Part shown: positions 47,002 through 56,566 of the stretch, one piece after another
How positions within the stretch are numbered: position 1 is the stretch's first letter
How the letters are laid out: every line of letters starts with the position of its first letter
Source: Reyranella sp.
Lineage (GTDB): Bacteria > Pseudomonadota > Alphaproteobacteria > Reyranellales > Reyranellaceae
NCBI GenBank assembly: GCA_035501235.1
Contig: DATJWN010000361.1
Coordinates: 11,948 to 75,947 of the forward strand
Length of the DNA stretch: 64,000 nucleotides
Reading direction: 5' to 3'
Notes under the pieces: model-generated
Told to the model about the DNA's origin: nothing
Seen by the model: only the letters and a program-made list of their open reading frames with translations
Databases searched by the model: none
Position numbers and translations under genes: made by a program

Positions 47002-48146
47002 CCGAAGACCGAAGCGAGGCCCGCGCCGATGCGCTCGTTCATCATCTCGATCGAGCCGTCGGTGTAAGCCGCGATCTTGGCGCCGGCGAGGTGACGGGCC
47101 AGCGGATACTCGGCACGCAGGCCGTTGGCGCCCATCGCCTGGATGCAGTCTGCGATGCGTGTCAGCGTCCTCTCTGTCGCGAACTTCTTGGCGTAGGCCG
47201 CGGGCATCACCGCGTCGGCGCCTTCGTCGATCAGGCGCGCCGCGCGATATGTGAGGAGCCGCGCCGCCTCGAGATCGGTCGCCGCATCGACCAGCTTCCA
47301 GCGCACGCCCTGATGGTCGATCACCGGCCGGCCAAAGGTCTTGCGCTGCTGGGTGTAGCTCACCGCCGTGTCGAGGCTCGCCTCCAGCATGCCGCAGCAC
47401 ATGGCGGCCACGTAGGCGCGCGCGCCGTTGATGCCGGCCAGCGCCGCCTTGAAGGCCTGGCCGGGCGGATGCAGCACCGCCTCATCGGGTGCGATGTAGT
47501 CGGTGAGGCGAAAGCCGCCGACGCCGATGGCGTGCCCACCATGCAGCTCGAACGGCGGCTCGCGATGGAAGCCCGGCCGCTCCGCCTCGATCGCGAAGCA
47601 GGCGATGCCGCGATAACCCTGGCTTTTGTCGGTCTGGGCATAGACGACGGAAAGACCGGCGACGGCGGCATTGGTGATCCACGCCTTGGCGCCGTTCAGC
47701 TTCCAGCCGCCCGCGACCTTCACGGCCGACATCTCCAGCCCGCCGAAGTCGCTGCCCACGCCGGGTTCGCTCAACCCCGCGCAGCCGATGACATCGCCCG
47801 CGATCATGCGCGGCAGCAATCGCGCGACGTGCGAGGGTTGGCCGTCGCGGGCGAAGCGGGCGCAGGCGTTGTGGTGGTTGATCAGGGCGAAGGCGAAGGC
47901 GAAGTCCGCCTTGGCGATCTCCTCGAAGGCGCGCAGCTTGCAGGAGAAGGAAAGGCCCTGGCCGCCATGGTGCTTGGCGAGCTCGATCGTGTTCAGTCCG
48001 ACCGCGCAGGCCGCCTTGATGGTCTCCAGCGGATAGTGCCGTTCCCATTCCCAGCGCGCGGCGTTGGGCGCCACGTATTTCTCGGCGAAGGCCTGCGCCT
48101 TGGCGACGACGGCGCGTTCTTCGGCCGTAAGGACCTCGTCCAGCAT
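46998..48146 (-). CDS. Acyl-CoA dehydrogenase family protein
   Basis: GLSEPGVGSD, LNGAKAWITN, QRKTFGRP, QAMGANG; start at MLDEVLT. Confidence 0.92.
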   Translation of the reverse strand: MLDEVLTAEERAVVAKAQAFAEKYVAPNAARWEWERHYPLETIKAACAVGLNTIELAKHHGGQGLSFSCKLRAFEEIAKADFAFAFALINHHNACARFARDGQPSHVARLLPRMIAGDVIGCAGLSEPGVGSDFGGLEMSAVKVAGGWKLNGAKAWITNAAVAGLSVVYAQTDKSQGYRGIACFAIEAERPGFHREPPFELHGGHAIGVGGFRLTDYIAPDEAVLHPPGQAFKAALAGINGARAYVAAMCCGMLEASLDTAVSYTQQRKTFGRPVIDHQGVRWKLVDAATDLEAARLLTYRAARLIDEGADAVMPAAYAKKFATERTLTRIADCIQAMGANGLRAEYPLARHLAGAKIAAYTDGSIEMMNERIGAGLASVFG

Positions 48147-48203
48147 GCCTCTGAGATACACGATTGGACCTCGCGCGCGCCAGCGGGGTAGAATGACGCC
48201 AGC

Positions 48204-48278
<75 letters not shown>

Positions 48279-48306
48279 AAAATTTCAGGGAAGCGTCGTC
48301 GACATC

Positions 48307-49647
48307 ATGGATACGGTCGTTTCAATGCCGGTTCCGGCCGGCGGCGACTTCACGGCCGACACGGCCGCTTTCACGGCCTTCTGGCGCGAACAGGCCGGAC
48401 GGCTCGCGCGATTGCCGGCCAAGGACAAGCGCACCGCCGGCCAGCAGGCCGAGGCCGAAGCGCTGTTGAAAGCCGCCCGAGATTCGCGTTTCGCCTTCCT
48501 CCGCGTCCATGCCCGGACGCTCTACGACAGGCTGACCGACAACAAGCGGAAGTTTGTGCGGGTCGAGAAGCTCGTCTACGACGCCGCCGCGGCCGTGCCT
48601 GGCCTCGCGCCGACGCGGGCCGAGGTCGAGGCCGAAGCGGAGCTGCGCCAGTCGCAGAAGGATGGCTGCGAGATCGACCAGGGCATCCTCTGCAACCAGT
48701 TCCTGGCCGACAAGGACTGCGGCACGCATCTCTGCCACGCCATGCTGCTGCCGCGCGAGGAGTCGGCGGAGGCACTCGCCAAGTTCCGGCGCGACGGCCG
48801 CATCGATCTCGGCGGCGCACGGGTGGAACGCCAGGGCCATGCGGCCGTGCTCTATCTCGCCAATCCGCGCTTCCTCAATGCCGAGGACACGAACACCCAG
48901 GTCGCGACGGAGATCGGCGCCGACATCTGCATCCTCGATCCCGAAAGCAGGATCGCGGTGCTGCGCGGCGATGTGGTGCCGCACGGCAAATATGCCGGCC
49001 GTCGCGTGTTCAACGCCGGCATCAACCTCACGCACATCTACTACGGCAAGATCCCCTATCTCTGGTTCCTGATCCGCGACCTCGGCTTCGTGAACAAGAT
49101 GACTCGCGGGCTTGCCCGGCCCGACGTCACGCCCGAGGAGGCGAGCGGCGATTCCATCGAGAAGCTCTGGATCTCGGCCGTCGAAACCTTCGCGATCGGC
49201 GGCGGCTGCCAGATCCTGCTCGCGACCGACTTCAATATCGCCGCCAAGGACGCCTACCTCACCCTGCCCGCCCGCAAGGAAGGCATCATCCCGGGCATGG
49301 CGAATCTCCGGCTGGCGCGCTTCGTCGGCGACCGAATCGCGCGCCAGGCGATCATGTACGAGCGCCGCATCGACTGCGACTCCGACGTGGGCCGCATGAT
49401 CTGCGACGAGGTCGTCGATCCCGACAAGATCGACGAGACGATCGCCTATGTGGTCGACCGCATCACCACGTCAGGCGTGGTCGGCGCCATCGGCAACCGC
49501 CGCGCGCTGCGCATCGCCAACGAGCCGTTCGATTCCTTCCGCGCCTATGCGGCGGTCTACGCGCGCGAGCAGGCCTGGTGCCACTTCAGCCCGGCCCTGA
49601 TCGCCAATCTCGAACAGTACTGGAACGCACAAAACCGCAAGGCTTAG
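48307..49647 (+). CDS. dpgC: DpgC-like crotonase-fold protein ((3,5-dihydroxyphenyl)acetyl-CoA 1,2-dioxygenase family)
   Basis: KDGCEIDQGIL, LNAED, RRVFNAGINL, FAIGGGCQ, LPARKEGIIPG match the DpgC pattern, including the long N-terminal extension. Confidence 0.75.
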   Translation: MDTVVSMPVPAGGDFTADTAAFTAFWREQAGRLARLPAKDKRTAGQQAEAEALLKAARDSRFAFLRVHARTLYDRLTDNKRKFVRVEKLVYDAAAAVPGLAPTRAEVEAEAELRQSQKDGCEIDQGILCNQFLADKDCGTHLCHAMLLPREESAEALAKFRRDGRIDLGGARVERQGHAAVLYLANPRFLNAEDTNTQVATEIGADICILDPESRIAVLRGDVVPHGKYAGRRVFNAGINLTHIYYGKIPYLWFLIRDLGFVNKMTRGLARPDVTPEEASGDSIEKLWISAVETFAIGGGCQILLATDFNIAAKDAYLTLPARKEGIIPGMANLRLARFVGDRIARQAIMYERRIDCDSDVGRMICDEVVDPDKIDETIAYVVDRITTSGVVGAIGNRRALRIANEPFDSFRAYAAVYAREQAWCHFSPALIANLEQYWNAQNRKA

Positions 49648-49650
49648 CGG

Positions 49651-50241
49651 TCAGTGCTCCTTGGGTGCGTGCTTGCCGAGGATGCGCTGCAAGGTGCGCC
49701 GGTGCATGTTGAGCCGGCGTGCCGTCTCCGAGACGTTGCGGTCGCATTGCTCGAAGACACGCTGGATGTGCTCCCAGCGCACGCGGTCGGCCGACATCGG
49801 GTTCGAGGGCGGCGGCGGCAGCTTGCGGCCGTGCGCGGTCAGCGCCTGCTCGATGGCATCGGCATCGGCGGGCTTGGCGAGGTAGTCGACGGCGCCTTCC
49901 TTCACGGCGGCGACGGCCGTCGCGATGTTGCCGTAGCCGGTCAGCACGACGATGCGGATGTCGGGCCGCGCCTGGCGCAGCGGGCCCACGATCTCGAGGC
50001 CGTTGCCGTCGCCCAGGCGCAGGTCGAGCACCGCGAAGGCGGGCGGCCGGGCGGCCTGGGCCAGCGCCTCGGCCACCGAGCCGACGGCGGTCACCACGAA
50101 ACCACGCAATTCCAGGGCGCGCGCGACACGGTTGCGGAAGGCCGCGTCATCATCGGCGATCAGCAGCGTTCGGTCTTTGGTCGCCGTCGTCCCCTGCAGG
50201 ATCGGCGCGAGAGGGCGGCTGGCACCAGAATCCTGGTTCAT
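49651..50241 (-). CDS. regA: Redox-responsive response regulator (RegA/PrrA/ActR)
   Basis: Receiver domain plus MSADRVRWEHIQRVFEQCDRNVSETARRLNMHRRTLQRIL. Confidence 0.96.
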   Translation of the reverse strand: MNQDSGASRPLAPILQGTTATKDRTLLIADDDAAFRNRVARALELRGFVVTAVGSVAEALAQAARPPAFAVLDLRLGDGNGLEIVGPLRQARPDIRIVVLTGYGNIATAVAAVKEGAVDYLAKPADADAIEQALTAHGRKLPPPPSNPMSADRVRWEHIQRVFEQCDRNVSETARRLNMHRRTLQRILGKHAPKEH

Positions 50242-50264
50242 GGCTGCTCCTTGGACATGCGCTG

Positions 50265-51605
50265 TTATGTAGCCTTGAAGAATGGATTTGGCCAGCGGAC
50301 GACGACGGCCGCGCCGTCCTTGCCGCCGCCGCGATTGCCGAAGTTGACGGTGGCGCCAGTGCGTTCCAACAGCGTTTTGGCGATGAAAACGCCCAGGCCC
50401 ATGTGGCCCTCGACGCCCTGACGAGTCGAGATAAACGGCGTCCCGAGCTCGTCCAGCAGCGCTTCCGAGAAGCCCGGCCCGTCGTCGGAGACCTGCACTT
50501 CCGACCATTCCGTCGTCCAGCGGGTCGCGACATCGACCTCGCGCGTCGCGAAGGACACGGCATTTTGAACGATATTGCCAATTCCCTGCATGAACTCCGG
50601 GCTTCGGACCTGGATGGGCGCGGTCTTCGGCACGCCCTCGCCCAGCGGTCCCGCTTCGAACTTCACGGCGATGCCGTCACGGCGGTAGTTCTGCGCCGCG
50701 GCTTCAACGAGGCTCGGCAGCGGCACGAGCGTGTAGACGTCGGACATGTCGCCCGCCGGATCGACGGTGAGGCGCGCCAGGATCGACCGGCAGCGATCGG
50801 ACTCCGAGGCCAGCAGCTCGACATCCTCGCGCAGCGGATCGTCCGGCAGGACCTCGTTCATCATCTCCTTGGCGACCACGGTGATGGTCGCGAGCGGCGA
50901 GCCGAGCTCGTGCGCCGCGGCCGCCGCAAGGGCGCCCAGCGCGGAGAGGCGCTGCTCCTGGGCGAGCGAGTTCTGGGCGGCACCCAGCGCGTCGCTCATC
51001 TGGCGCGCTTCTTCGGCGAGCCGCCAGCCGTAGAGCGTGATCAGCAGCGTCGTGAGCGTGAGACCGACCCAGAAGCCCGCCTGGTAGATCTCCGGCAGTG
51101 CCGGCACCGAGCCCTGCCAGGGCAACGGCTGGTGCAGGATGCCGAGCAACGCAATGCTGCCGATGGTGAGCAGCGACAGCGCGATGTTGCTCGCCAGCGA
51201 AAGGATCGTGGCGCCGATCGCGACGGGCGCCAGCAGCAGCAGCGCGAAGGGATTGGTGAGGCCGCCGGTCAGATAGAGCAGGACGGCGAGCTGCACGATA
51301 TCGAAGGCCAGGAACACCGTGGCCTCGCGATCGTCGATACGCGTCGAGGCCGGACGGCCGAGGCTGACGGCAAGGTTGAGCAGCGCCGACAGGGCGATCG
51401 TGCCGCCGACCGCGAGCAGCGGCAGGCCGAAGCCCAGGCCCCAATGGACGACGCCCGCGGTGAAGATCTGGCCGGCGACGGCGGCCCAGCGGATCAGCAC
51501 CAGGGCGCGCAGGCGCACGCCGCCGCGCGGCGGCAGGCTGGAGGCGGCGGGCGTGAGCGCGGCCTGCTCGGATGGCAGCGGGGCGAAGCCGAGCGGCGCC
51601 GCCAC
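50265..51605 (-). CDS. regB: Redox sensor histidine kinase (RegB/PrrB/ActS)
   Basis: TGGLTNPF quinone-binding motif, AAAAAHELGSPL, DRCRSIL, GLGVF. Confidence 0.95.
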   Translation of the reverse strand: MAAPLGFAPLPSEQAALTPAASSLPPRGGVRLRALVLIRWAAVAGQIFTAGVVHWGLGFGLPLLAVGGTIALSALLNLAVSLGRPASTRIDDREATVFLAFDIVQLAVLLYLTGGLTNPFALLLLAPVAIGATILSLASNIALSLLTIGSIALLGILHQPLPWQGSVPALPEIYQAGFWVGLTLTTLLITLYGWRLAEEARQMSDALGAAQNSLAQEQRLSALGALAAAAAHELGSPLATITVVAKEMMNEVLPDDPLREDVELLASESDRCRSILARLTVDPAGDMSDVYTLVPLPSLVEAAAQNYRRDGIAVKFEAGPLGEGVPKTAPIQVRSPEFMQGIGNIVQNAVSFATREVDVATRWTTEWSEVQVSDDGPGFSEALLDELGTPFISTRQGVEGHMGLGVFIAKTLLERTGATVNFGNRGGGKDGAAVVVRWPNPFFKAT

Positions 51606-51610
51606 GCGCG

Positions 51611-52420
51611 CTATTCCTCGATCATCAGGTGCTTGCGATGCACCGTGATGAAAAGCGGGATCTTGCGCTGCTTCTTGCGGTCGGGCGGCTCTTTGATGAG
51701 CCGGCCGATCTCGCCCAGGATCAGACCCGTGATGGTCGGCAGCGGCAGCTCGCGCGCCTCGTCGAGCCTGACCCAGCGCACGTCGCCCATCTCGCTCGAA
51801 TGCCGGATCTGGCCGGTCGCGTCCTCCGCGCGCGCCATGAAGAAGCGCGCGTTGAAGCGGCGCGGCCGCCCGGGCGGCGTGATGGCGCGCGCGATCAGGT
51901 CGAGACTGTCGAGCGCCGGCGCCAGCCCCTTGTCCAAAAAGCCCTTCCAGTGGTCGCCGTAATCCTTCTTGGGCGTGCCGCCCTTCAGCGGCTTGCCGAG
52001 GATGAGGCCCGTCTCCTCGAAGGTCTCGCGCACGGCCGCGACGCCCAGCGCCTTGGCGCGTTGCTCGGTCGCCGCCTTGAGCAGGCGCGCCTTCACGTGG
52101 CGATCGAGCGGTGTCGCGATCGGGATGTGCGCATCGGCCTTGTCGACCCGGCCGCCGGGGAAGACGTAGCGGTTGGGCATGAAGGCCGACTTGGCGGCAC
52201 GGCAGCCCATCAGCACTTCCGGCGTCTTGCCCTTCATCCGCACCAGGATCAGCGTCGCGGCATCGCGCGGCCGCATGTACGGATAGGTCTGTTCGACCTG
52301 GTCGACCGGCCGCTCCTGCCCGGGCTTGAGGGCGCCCGGCTTGGCCGGAATATCGCCGTGGACATAGCCTTTGTCGGTGCCGCGCACGACAGCGCCGGCG
52401 GGAATACGCGATTTGCTCAT
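51611..52420 (-). CDS. NUDIX hydrolase
   Basis: RDAATLIL, VFPGGRVD, AAVRETFEETGL. Confidence 0.88.
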   Translation of the reverse strand: MSKSRIPAGAVVRGTDKGYVHGDIPAKPGALKPGQERPVDQVEQTYPYMRPRDAATLILVRMKGKTPEVLMGCRAAKSAFMPNRYVFPGGRVDKADAHIPIATPLDRHVKARLLKAATEQRAKALGVAAVRETFEETGLILGKPLKGGTPKKDYGDHWKGFLDKGLAPALDSLDLIARAITPPGRPRRFNARFFMARAEDATGQIRHSSEMGDVRWVRLDEARELPLPTITGLILGEIGRLIKEPPDRKKQRKIPLFITVHRKHLMIEE

Positions 52421-52442
52421 GCGCAACGATAAATCAGGGCGA

Positions 52443-53486
52443 TTAGAAACTCCAACCCACCGCCGTATCGGGCCGAAACACCACGATGCTCTTGTTGCCG
52501 CCCGGCACCTCGACCCGCTCCGGTGCCTCCATGGGCTTCGCCTGCAGCGTGATGCGCTCCTCGTTGGGCGGCAGACCGTAGAAGCGCGGGCCGTTCAGGG
52601 AGGCGAAGGCTTCGAGCCGGTCGAGCGCGTTCTCCTCCATGAAGACCTGGGCATAGACCTGCAGGGCGACCGGCGCATTGAAGATGCCGGCGCAGCCGCA
52701 GGCACATTCCTTGGTGTCGGCCGTATGAGGTGCGGTATCGGTGCCGAGGAAGAACTGCCCGCTGCCTGAGGTCGCGGCTCGACGTAGCGCCAGGCGATGC
52801 TCCTCGCGCTTGGCGATCGGCAGGCAATAGAAGTGCGGACGGATGCCGCCCTTGAAGAGGGCGTTGCGGTTGTAGCTCAAATGATGCGGCGTGATCGTGC
52901 CGCCCAGCCGTCCGGGATGCGCCTCGACGAAGGCCACGCCCTCCTTGGTCGTGATGTGCTCCAGCACGATCTTGAGGCCCGCGTGGCGCTTCAGGAGCGG
53001 CGCCAGCACCTTGTCGAGGAACACGGCTTCACGGTCGAAGATGTCGACATCGGCATCCGTCACCTCGCCATGGACGAGGAGCGGCATGCCGGCCTTCTCC
53101 ATCGCCTCCAGCCCGCGCGCGACCTTGTCCATGGAAGTGACGCCATGGGCGGAGTTGGTCGTGGCATGCGCCGGATAGAGCTTGGAGGCGACCCAGACGC
53201 CTTCCGCCTTGCCACGCGCCAGCTCGGCCGGATCGGCGCCGTCGGTCAGATAGCAGGTCATCAGCGGCTCGAACTTGAGCGCGGCCGGAACCGCTCTGCG
53301 GATTCGCTCGCGATAGGCCGCCGCCTCGGCGACCTTGGTCACCGGCGGCACGAGATTGGGCATGATGATGCCGCGGGCGAACTGGCGGGCGGTATGCACG
53401 GCGCAGGCTTCCAGCATCGCGCCGTCGCGAAGATGGACGTGCCAGTCGTCGGGACGGCGCAGCGACAGCGTTGTCGGTTGGGACAT
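52443..53486 (-). CDS. pyrC: Dihydroorotase (homodimeric type)
   Basis: PDDWHVHLRDG, MPNL, KLYP, HGEV, LEHITT, FLGTDTAPH. Confidence 0.97.
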   Translation of the reverse strand: MSQPTTLSLRRPDDWHVHLRDGAMLEACAVHTARQFARGIIMPNLVPPVTKVAEAAAYRERIRRAVPAALKFEPLMTCYLTDGADPAELARGKAEGVWVASKLYPAHATTNSAHGVTSMDKVARGLEAMEKAGMPLLVHGEVTDADVDIFDREAVFLDKVLAPLLKRHAGLKIVLEHITTKEGVAFVEAHPGRLGGTITPHHLSYNRNALFKGGIRPHFYCLPIAKREEHRLALRRAATSGSGQFFLGTDTAPHTADTKECACGCAGIFNAPVALQVYAQVFMEENALDRLEAFASLNGPRFYGLPPNEERITLQAKPMEAPERVEVPGGNKSIVVFRPDTAVGWSF

Positions 53487-53536
53487 GAGCGTTTTCTACG
53501 CTTGCTCCCGCACCGGCTCCAATGTTGATTGCGTGC

Positions 53537-54571
53537 ATGAATGCCCTGAAAGATGCGATCGCCTTCGCCCAATCCATCGAGTCCAAGTGGGCGGCCGACA
53601 TGAAGATGCCCGACGGGCAATTCGTGATGACCGCCGATTCAGGCGAAAGCTTCCCGGACAACGAGATCCTGGGGCCGGTGGCGCCGCGCGGCGGACATTC
53701 GGGCCTGGTCTATCGCGGCGGCACGCTGCTCGCCGAATGGGGCGACACGAACCGCGCCGACATGACCTTCAGCGTCGCCAAGAGCTTCCTGTCGTTGCTG
53801 GCGGGTCTCGCGCTGGGCGATGGGCTGATCAAGAGCCTCGACGACACAGTGGGCTTCGAAGAGGAGCAGAACCGCGCCATCACCTGGCGCCACCTGCTGA
53901 CCCAGACCAGCGAATGGTCGGGCACCCTGTTCGGCAAGGAAGACCGCATCGACCACAACCGCGTGGTCGGCCTGCAGGTCGCCGAGGCGCCCAAGGGCAC
54001 GCGTCGGGCGATGAAGAAGCCCGGCAGCTATTACGAATACAACGATGTGCGCGTGAACCGCCTGTCGCTGTCGCTGCTCGAGCGGTTCAAGGAGCCGCTG
54101 CCGTCGGTGCTGAAGCGGCGGATCATGGATCCCATCGGCGCGTCGACCGGCTGGCGCTGGGAGGGCTATCGCAACTCGACAGTCACGATCGACGGCAAGG
54201 CGATGGTTTCGGTGCCGGGCGGCGGCCACTGGGGCGGCGGCATCGTGATCTCGGCCCGCGACCTCGCCCTGATGGGCCGGCTGGTCGCGCAAGGCGGCGC
54301 GTGGAACGGAAGGCAGATCCTGCCCAAGGGCTGGACGGCCGAACTGGTGAAGCCCTGCCCGGTCGCGCCGTTCTACGGGCTGATGTGGTGGCTCAACACC
54401 GACCGGCGGCAGTTCGCGGCGGCGTCGGAGCGCAGCTACTTCGCGTTCGGTTGGGGCAGCCACATCGTCTGGATCGATCCGGACAACGATCTCGTGACGG
54501 TGCTGCGCTGGGTCGATCGCAAAAAGGCCGGCGGATTTGTCGAACGTCTTCTGGGGGCCATCAACACGTGA
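53537..54571 (+). CDS. Serine hydrolase, beta-lactamase class C-like family
   Basis: SxxK motif FSVAKS, YEYND, HWGGG, FYGLMWW. Confidence 0.88.
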   Translation: MNALKDAIAFAQSIESKWAADMKMPDGQFVMTADSGESFPDNEILGPVAPRGGHSGLVYRGGTLLAEWGDTNRADMTFSVAKSFLSLLAGLALGDGLIKSLDDTVGFEEEQNRAITWRHLLTQTSEWSGTLFGKEDRIDHNRVVGLQVAEAPKGTRRAMKKPGSYYEYNDVRVNRLSLSLLERFKEPLPSVLKRRIMDPIGASTGWRWEGYRNSTVTIDGKAMVSVPGGGHWGGGIVISARDLALMGRLVAQGGAWNGRQILPKGWTAELVKPCPVAPFYGLMWWLNTDRRQFAAASERSYFAFGWGSHIVWIDPDNDLVTVLRWVDRKKAGGFVERLLGAINT

Positions 54572-55455
54572 GTCTCGATTTCTCCGCCGTCCCGCGCATG
54601 CCGGACGGCCGTACCGCCCTCGAACATATCGAGTCCGTCGCCGCCACCTCCAAGGCCATTCGCGTGCCGATGGGAAACGGCGGCCAGATGCAATGGCACG
54701 TCTGGGGTGAAGGCTCCGGCAAGCCCGCACTGCTGCTGTTCCACGGCGGCTCGGGTTCGTGGATCCATTGGATCCGCAACGTCTGGGCACTCTCGCACCA
54801 CTTTACGGTCTATGCCGCCGACCTGCCCGGCCTGGGCGACAGCGATCCGCCCGACGATGTGCGCGACGTCTGGTCGGTGACGCATTGCGTCAATCACGCG
54901 GTCAATGCGCTCTTGCCCAAGGACGAGCGCTTCTTCCTGACGGGCTTCTCCTTCGGCGGCATGGTGTCGGGCCATCTCTCGACGCTCATGCCTGAGCGCA
55001 TCAAGCGGATCGTGTTCGTGGGCGCGGGCGGGCTCAAAGCCACGCGCAAGCCGACGGAGAAGCTGCACAAGCTCCTGGAGACGATGCCGCCGCAGGTGCT
55101 GGCCGACGAGGCGCGGCGCAACCTCGAGCTGCTGATGCTGCACGATCCGAAGAATGTCGACGGCGTGGCCATCCACATGCAGATCATGAACACCACGCGC
55201 GCCAAGACGCGCAGCCGCGACATGGGCATAGCGGGTGCGCTCTCGAAGGTGCTGCCGCAGGTGAAGACGCCGTTCACCGGCATCTGGGGCGAGTTCGATT
55301 CGACGACTTACCCTTACATCCAGGAGCGCATCGACCTCTTCCGCGCCCTGCAGCCGGACTTCCAGATGCACCAGATCCCCGGCGCCGGACATTGGGTTGC
55401 CTACGAGGCCGCCGACGCGTTCAATATCCGTCTGCTGGAGGTGCTCACCGCATGA
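54568..55455 (+). CDS. Alpha/beta fold hydrolase
   Basis: LFHGGSG, DLPGLGDS, GFSFGG nucleophile elbow, AGHW; GTG start overlapping the upstream stop. Confidence 0.88.
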   Translation: MSLDFSAVPRMPDGRTALEHIESVAATSKAIRVPMGNGGQMQWHVWGEGSGKPALLLFHGGSGSWIHWIRNVWALSHHFTVYAADLPGLGDSDPPDDVRDVWSVTHCVNHAVNALLPKDERFFLTGFSFGGMVSGHLSTLMPERIKRIVFVGAGGLKATRKPTEKLHKLLETMPPQVLADEARRNLELLMLHDPKNVDGVAIHMQIMNTTRAKTRSRDMGIAGALSKVLPQVKTPFTGIWGEFDSTTYPYIQERIDLFRALQPDFQMHQIPGAGHWVAYEAADAFNIRLLEVLTA

Positions 55456-56165
55456 AAACGGAAGTCACCGAGATCGCCGACAGGATCTATCGTCTCTCGA
55501 CCTTCGTGCCCCAGGTCGGACCGAGCGGCTTCACGTTCAACCAGTTCTTGATCGACGCCGAGCAGCCGCTGCTGTTCCACTACGGCCATCGCGCGATGTT
55601 CCCGCTGATCTCCGAGGCGGTGAAGAGCGTGATCGCGCTCGACAAGCTCGCCTGGACGACCTGCAGCCATGTCGAGGCCGACGAATCGGGCGCGCTCAAC
55701 CAGTGGCTCGCCGCTGCGCCCAACGCCACGCCGGCGCACGGCCAGATCGGCTGCAACATCTGGCTGACCGACATGGCTGACCGCAAGCCGCGCCCGCTCA
55801 AGAACGACGAGGTGCTCGACCTCGGCGGCAAGAAGGTGCGCTGGCTCGACACGCCTCATGTGCCGCACAACTGGGATGCCGGCCTGATCTACGAGGAGAC
55901 GACGAGCACGCTGTTCAGCAGCGACCTCTTCACCCAGTTCGGCACCTGCCCCGCCACGACGACGGGCGACATCGTCGATGCCGCCATCGCCACCGAGAAA
56001 GCCGTGCCCTTCATGCCGAGCACCCCGCAGGCCGAACCGACCCTGCGCCGGCTGGCGGCGCTCGCGCCCAAGACGATCGCGTTGATGCACGGGCCGAGCT
56101 TCATCGGCGATGGCTCGGCGGCATTGACCGCACTGGCAGACTACTACGCGGCGCGAACTGCCTAG
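55452..56165 (+). CDS. Metallo-beta-lactamase fold protein (FprA/flavodiiron N-terminal-like)
   Basis: FNQFLI, SHVEADESG (HxExD), TPHVPHNW, SSDLF, MHG. Confidence 0.85.
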   Translation: MKTEVTEIADRIYRLSTFVPQVGPSGFTFNQFLIDAEQPLLFHYGHRAMFPLISEAVKSVIALDKLAWTTCSHVEADESGALNQWLAAAPNATPAHGQIGCNIWLTDMADRKPRPLKNDEVLDLGGKKVRWLDTPHVPHNWDAGLIYEETTSTLFSSDLFTQFGTCPATTTGDIVDAAIATEKAVPFMPSTPQAEPTLRRLAALAPKTIALMHGPSFIGDGSAALTALADYYAARTA

Positions 56166-56566
56166 AGTGTCGCCCACGTTATGGAAAAGTTGATTTTTTC
56201 GACGCCGCCGTTCGCATCGAAATAAATCGAGATATAGACGCTGTTATTCCACCAATCCGCCGGGAAGCGTTGCGTGACCTCGATGGGCTTCTTGAACGAT
56301 GGGTAGCTCGTGAAGCCGAACTGATAGGGAATCTCCAAGCGCTGGAGATAGGCTTCGACCGCCGGCTGCGGCGTGCCGATCGGCAGGTGATCGCGTAGCT
56401 GCTTCTCGAGTCGACCAGCCGTGTTCGGGGATGCGCACCGCCAGGGCATCGGATCCACGTCGCACGGATCAGGTGCCGTCTCGCTAGTGAAGACGGCCGC
56501 GCTGCCCGCAAGGGCCAGCGCGCCGAGAGATGCCCAGAGCAATCGACGATTGCGGCTCGCTTTCAT
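56162..56566 (-). CDS. Hypothetical exported/membrane-anchored protein (candidate immunity protein)
   Basis: Basic N-terminus plus hydrophobic helix; ATGA overlap with the upstream ORF; LPIGTPQPAVEAYL and IYFDANGGVEKI segments. Confidence 0.6.
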   Translation of the reverse strand: MKASRNRRLLWASLGALALAGSAAVFTSETAPDPCDVDPMPWRCASPNTAGRLEKQLRDHLPIGTPQPAVEAYLQRLEIPYQFGFTSYPSFKKPIEVTQRFPADWWNNSVYISIYFDANGGVEKINFSITWATL

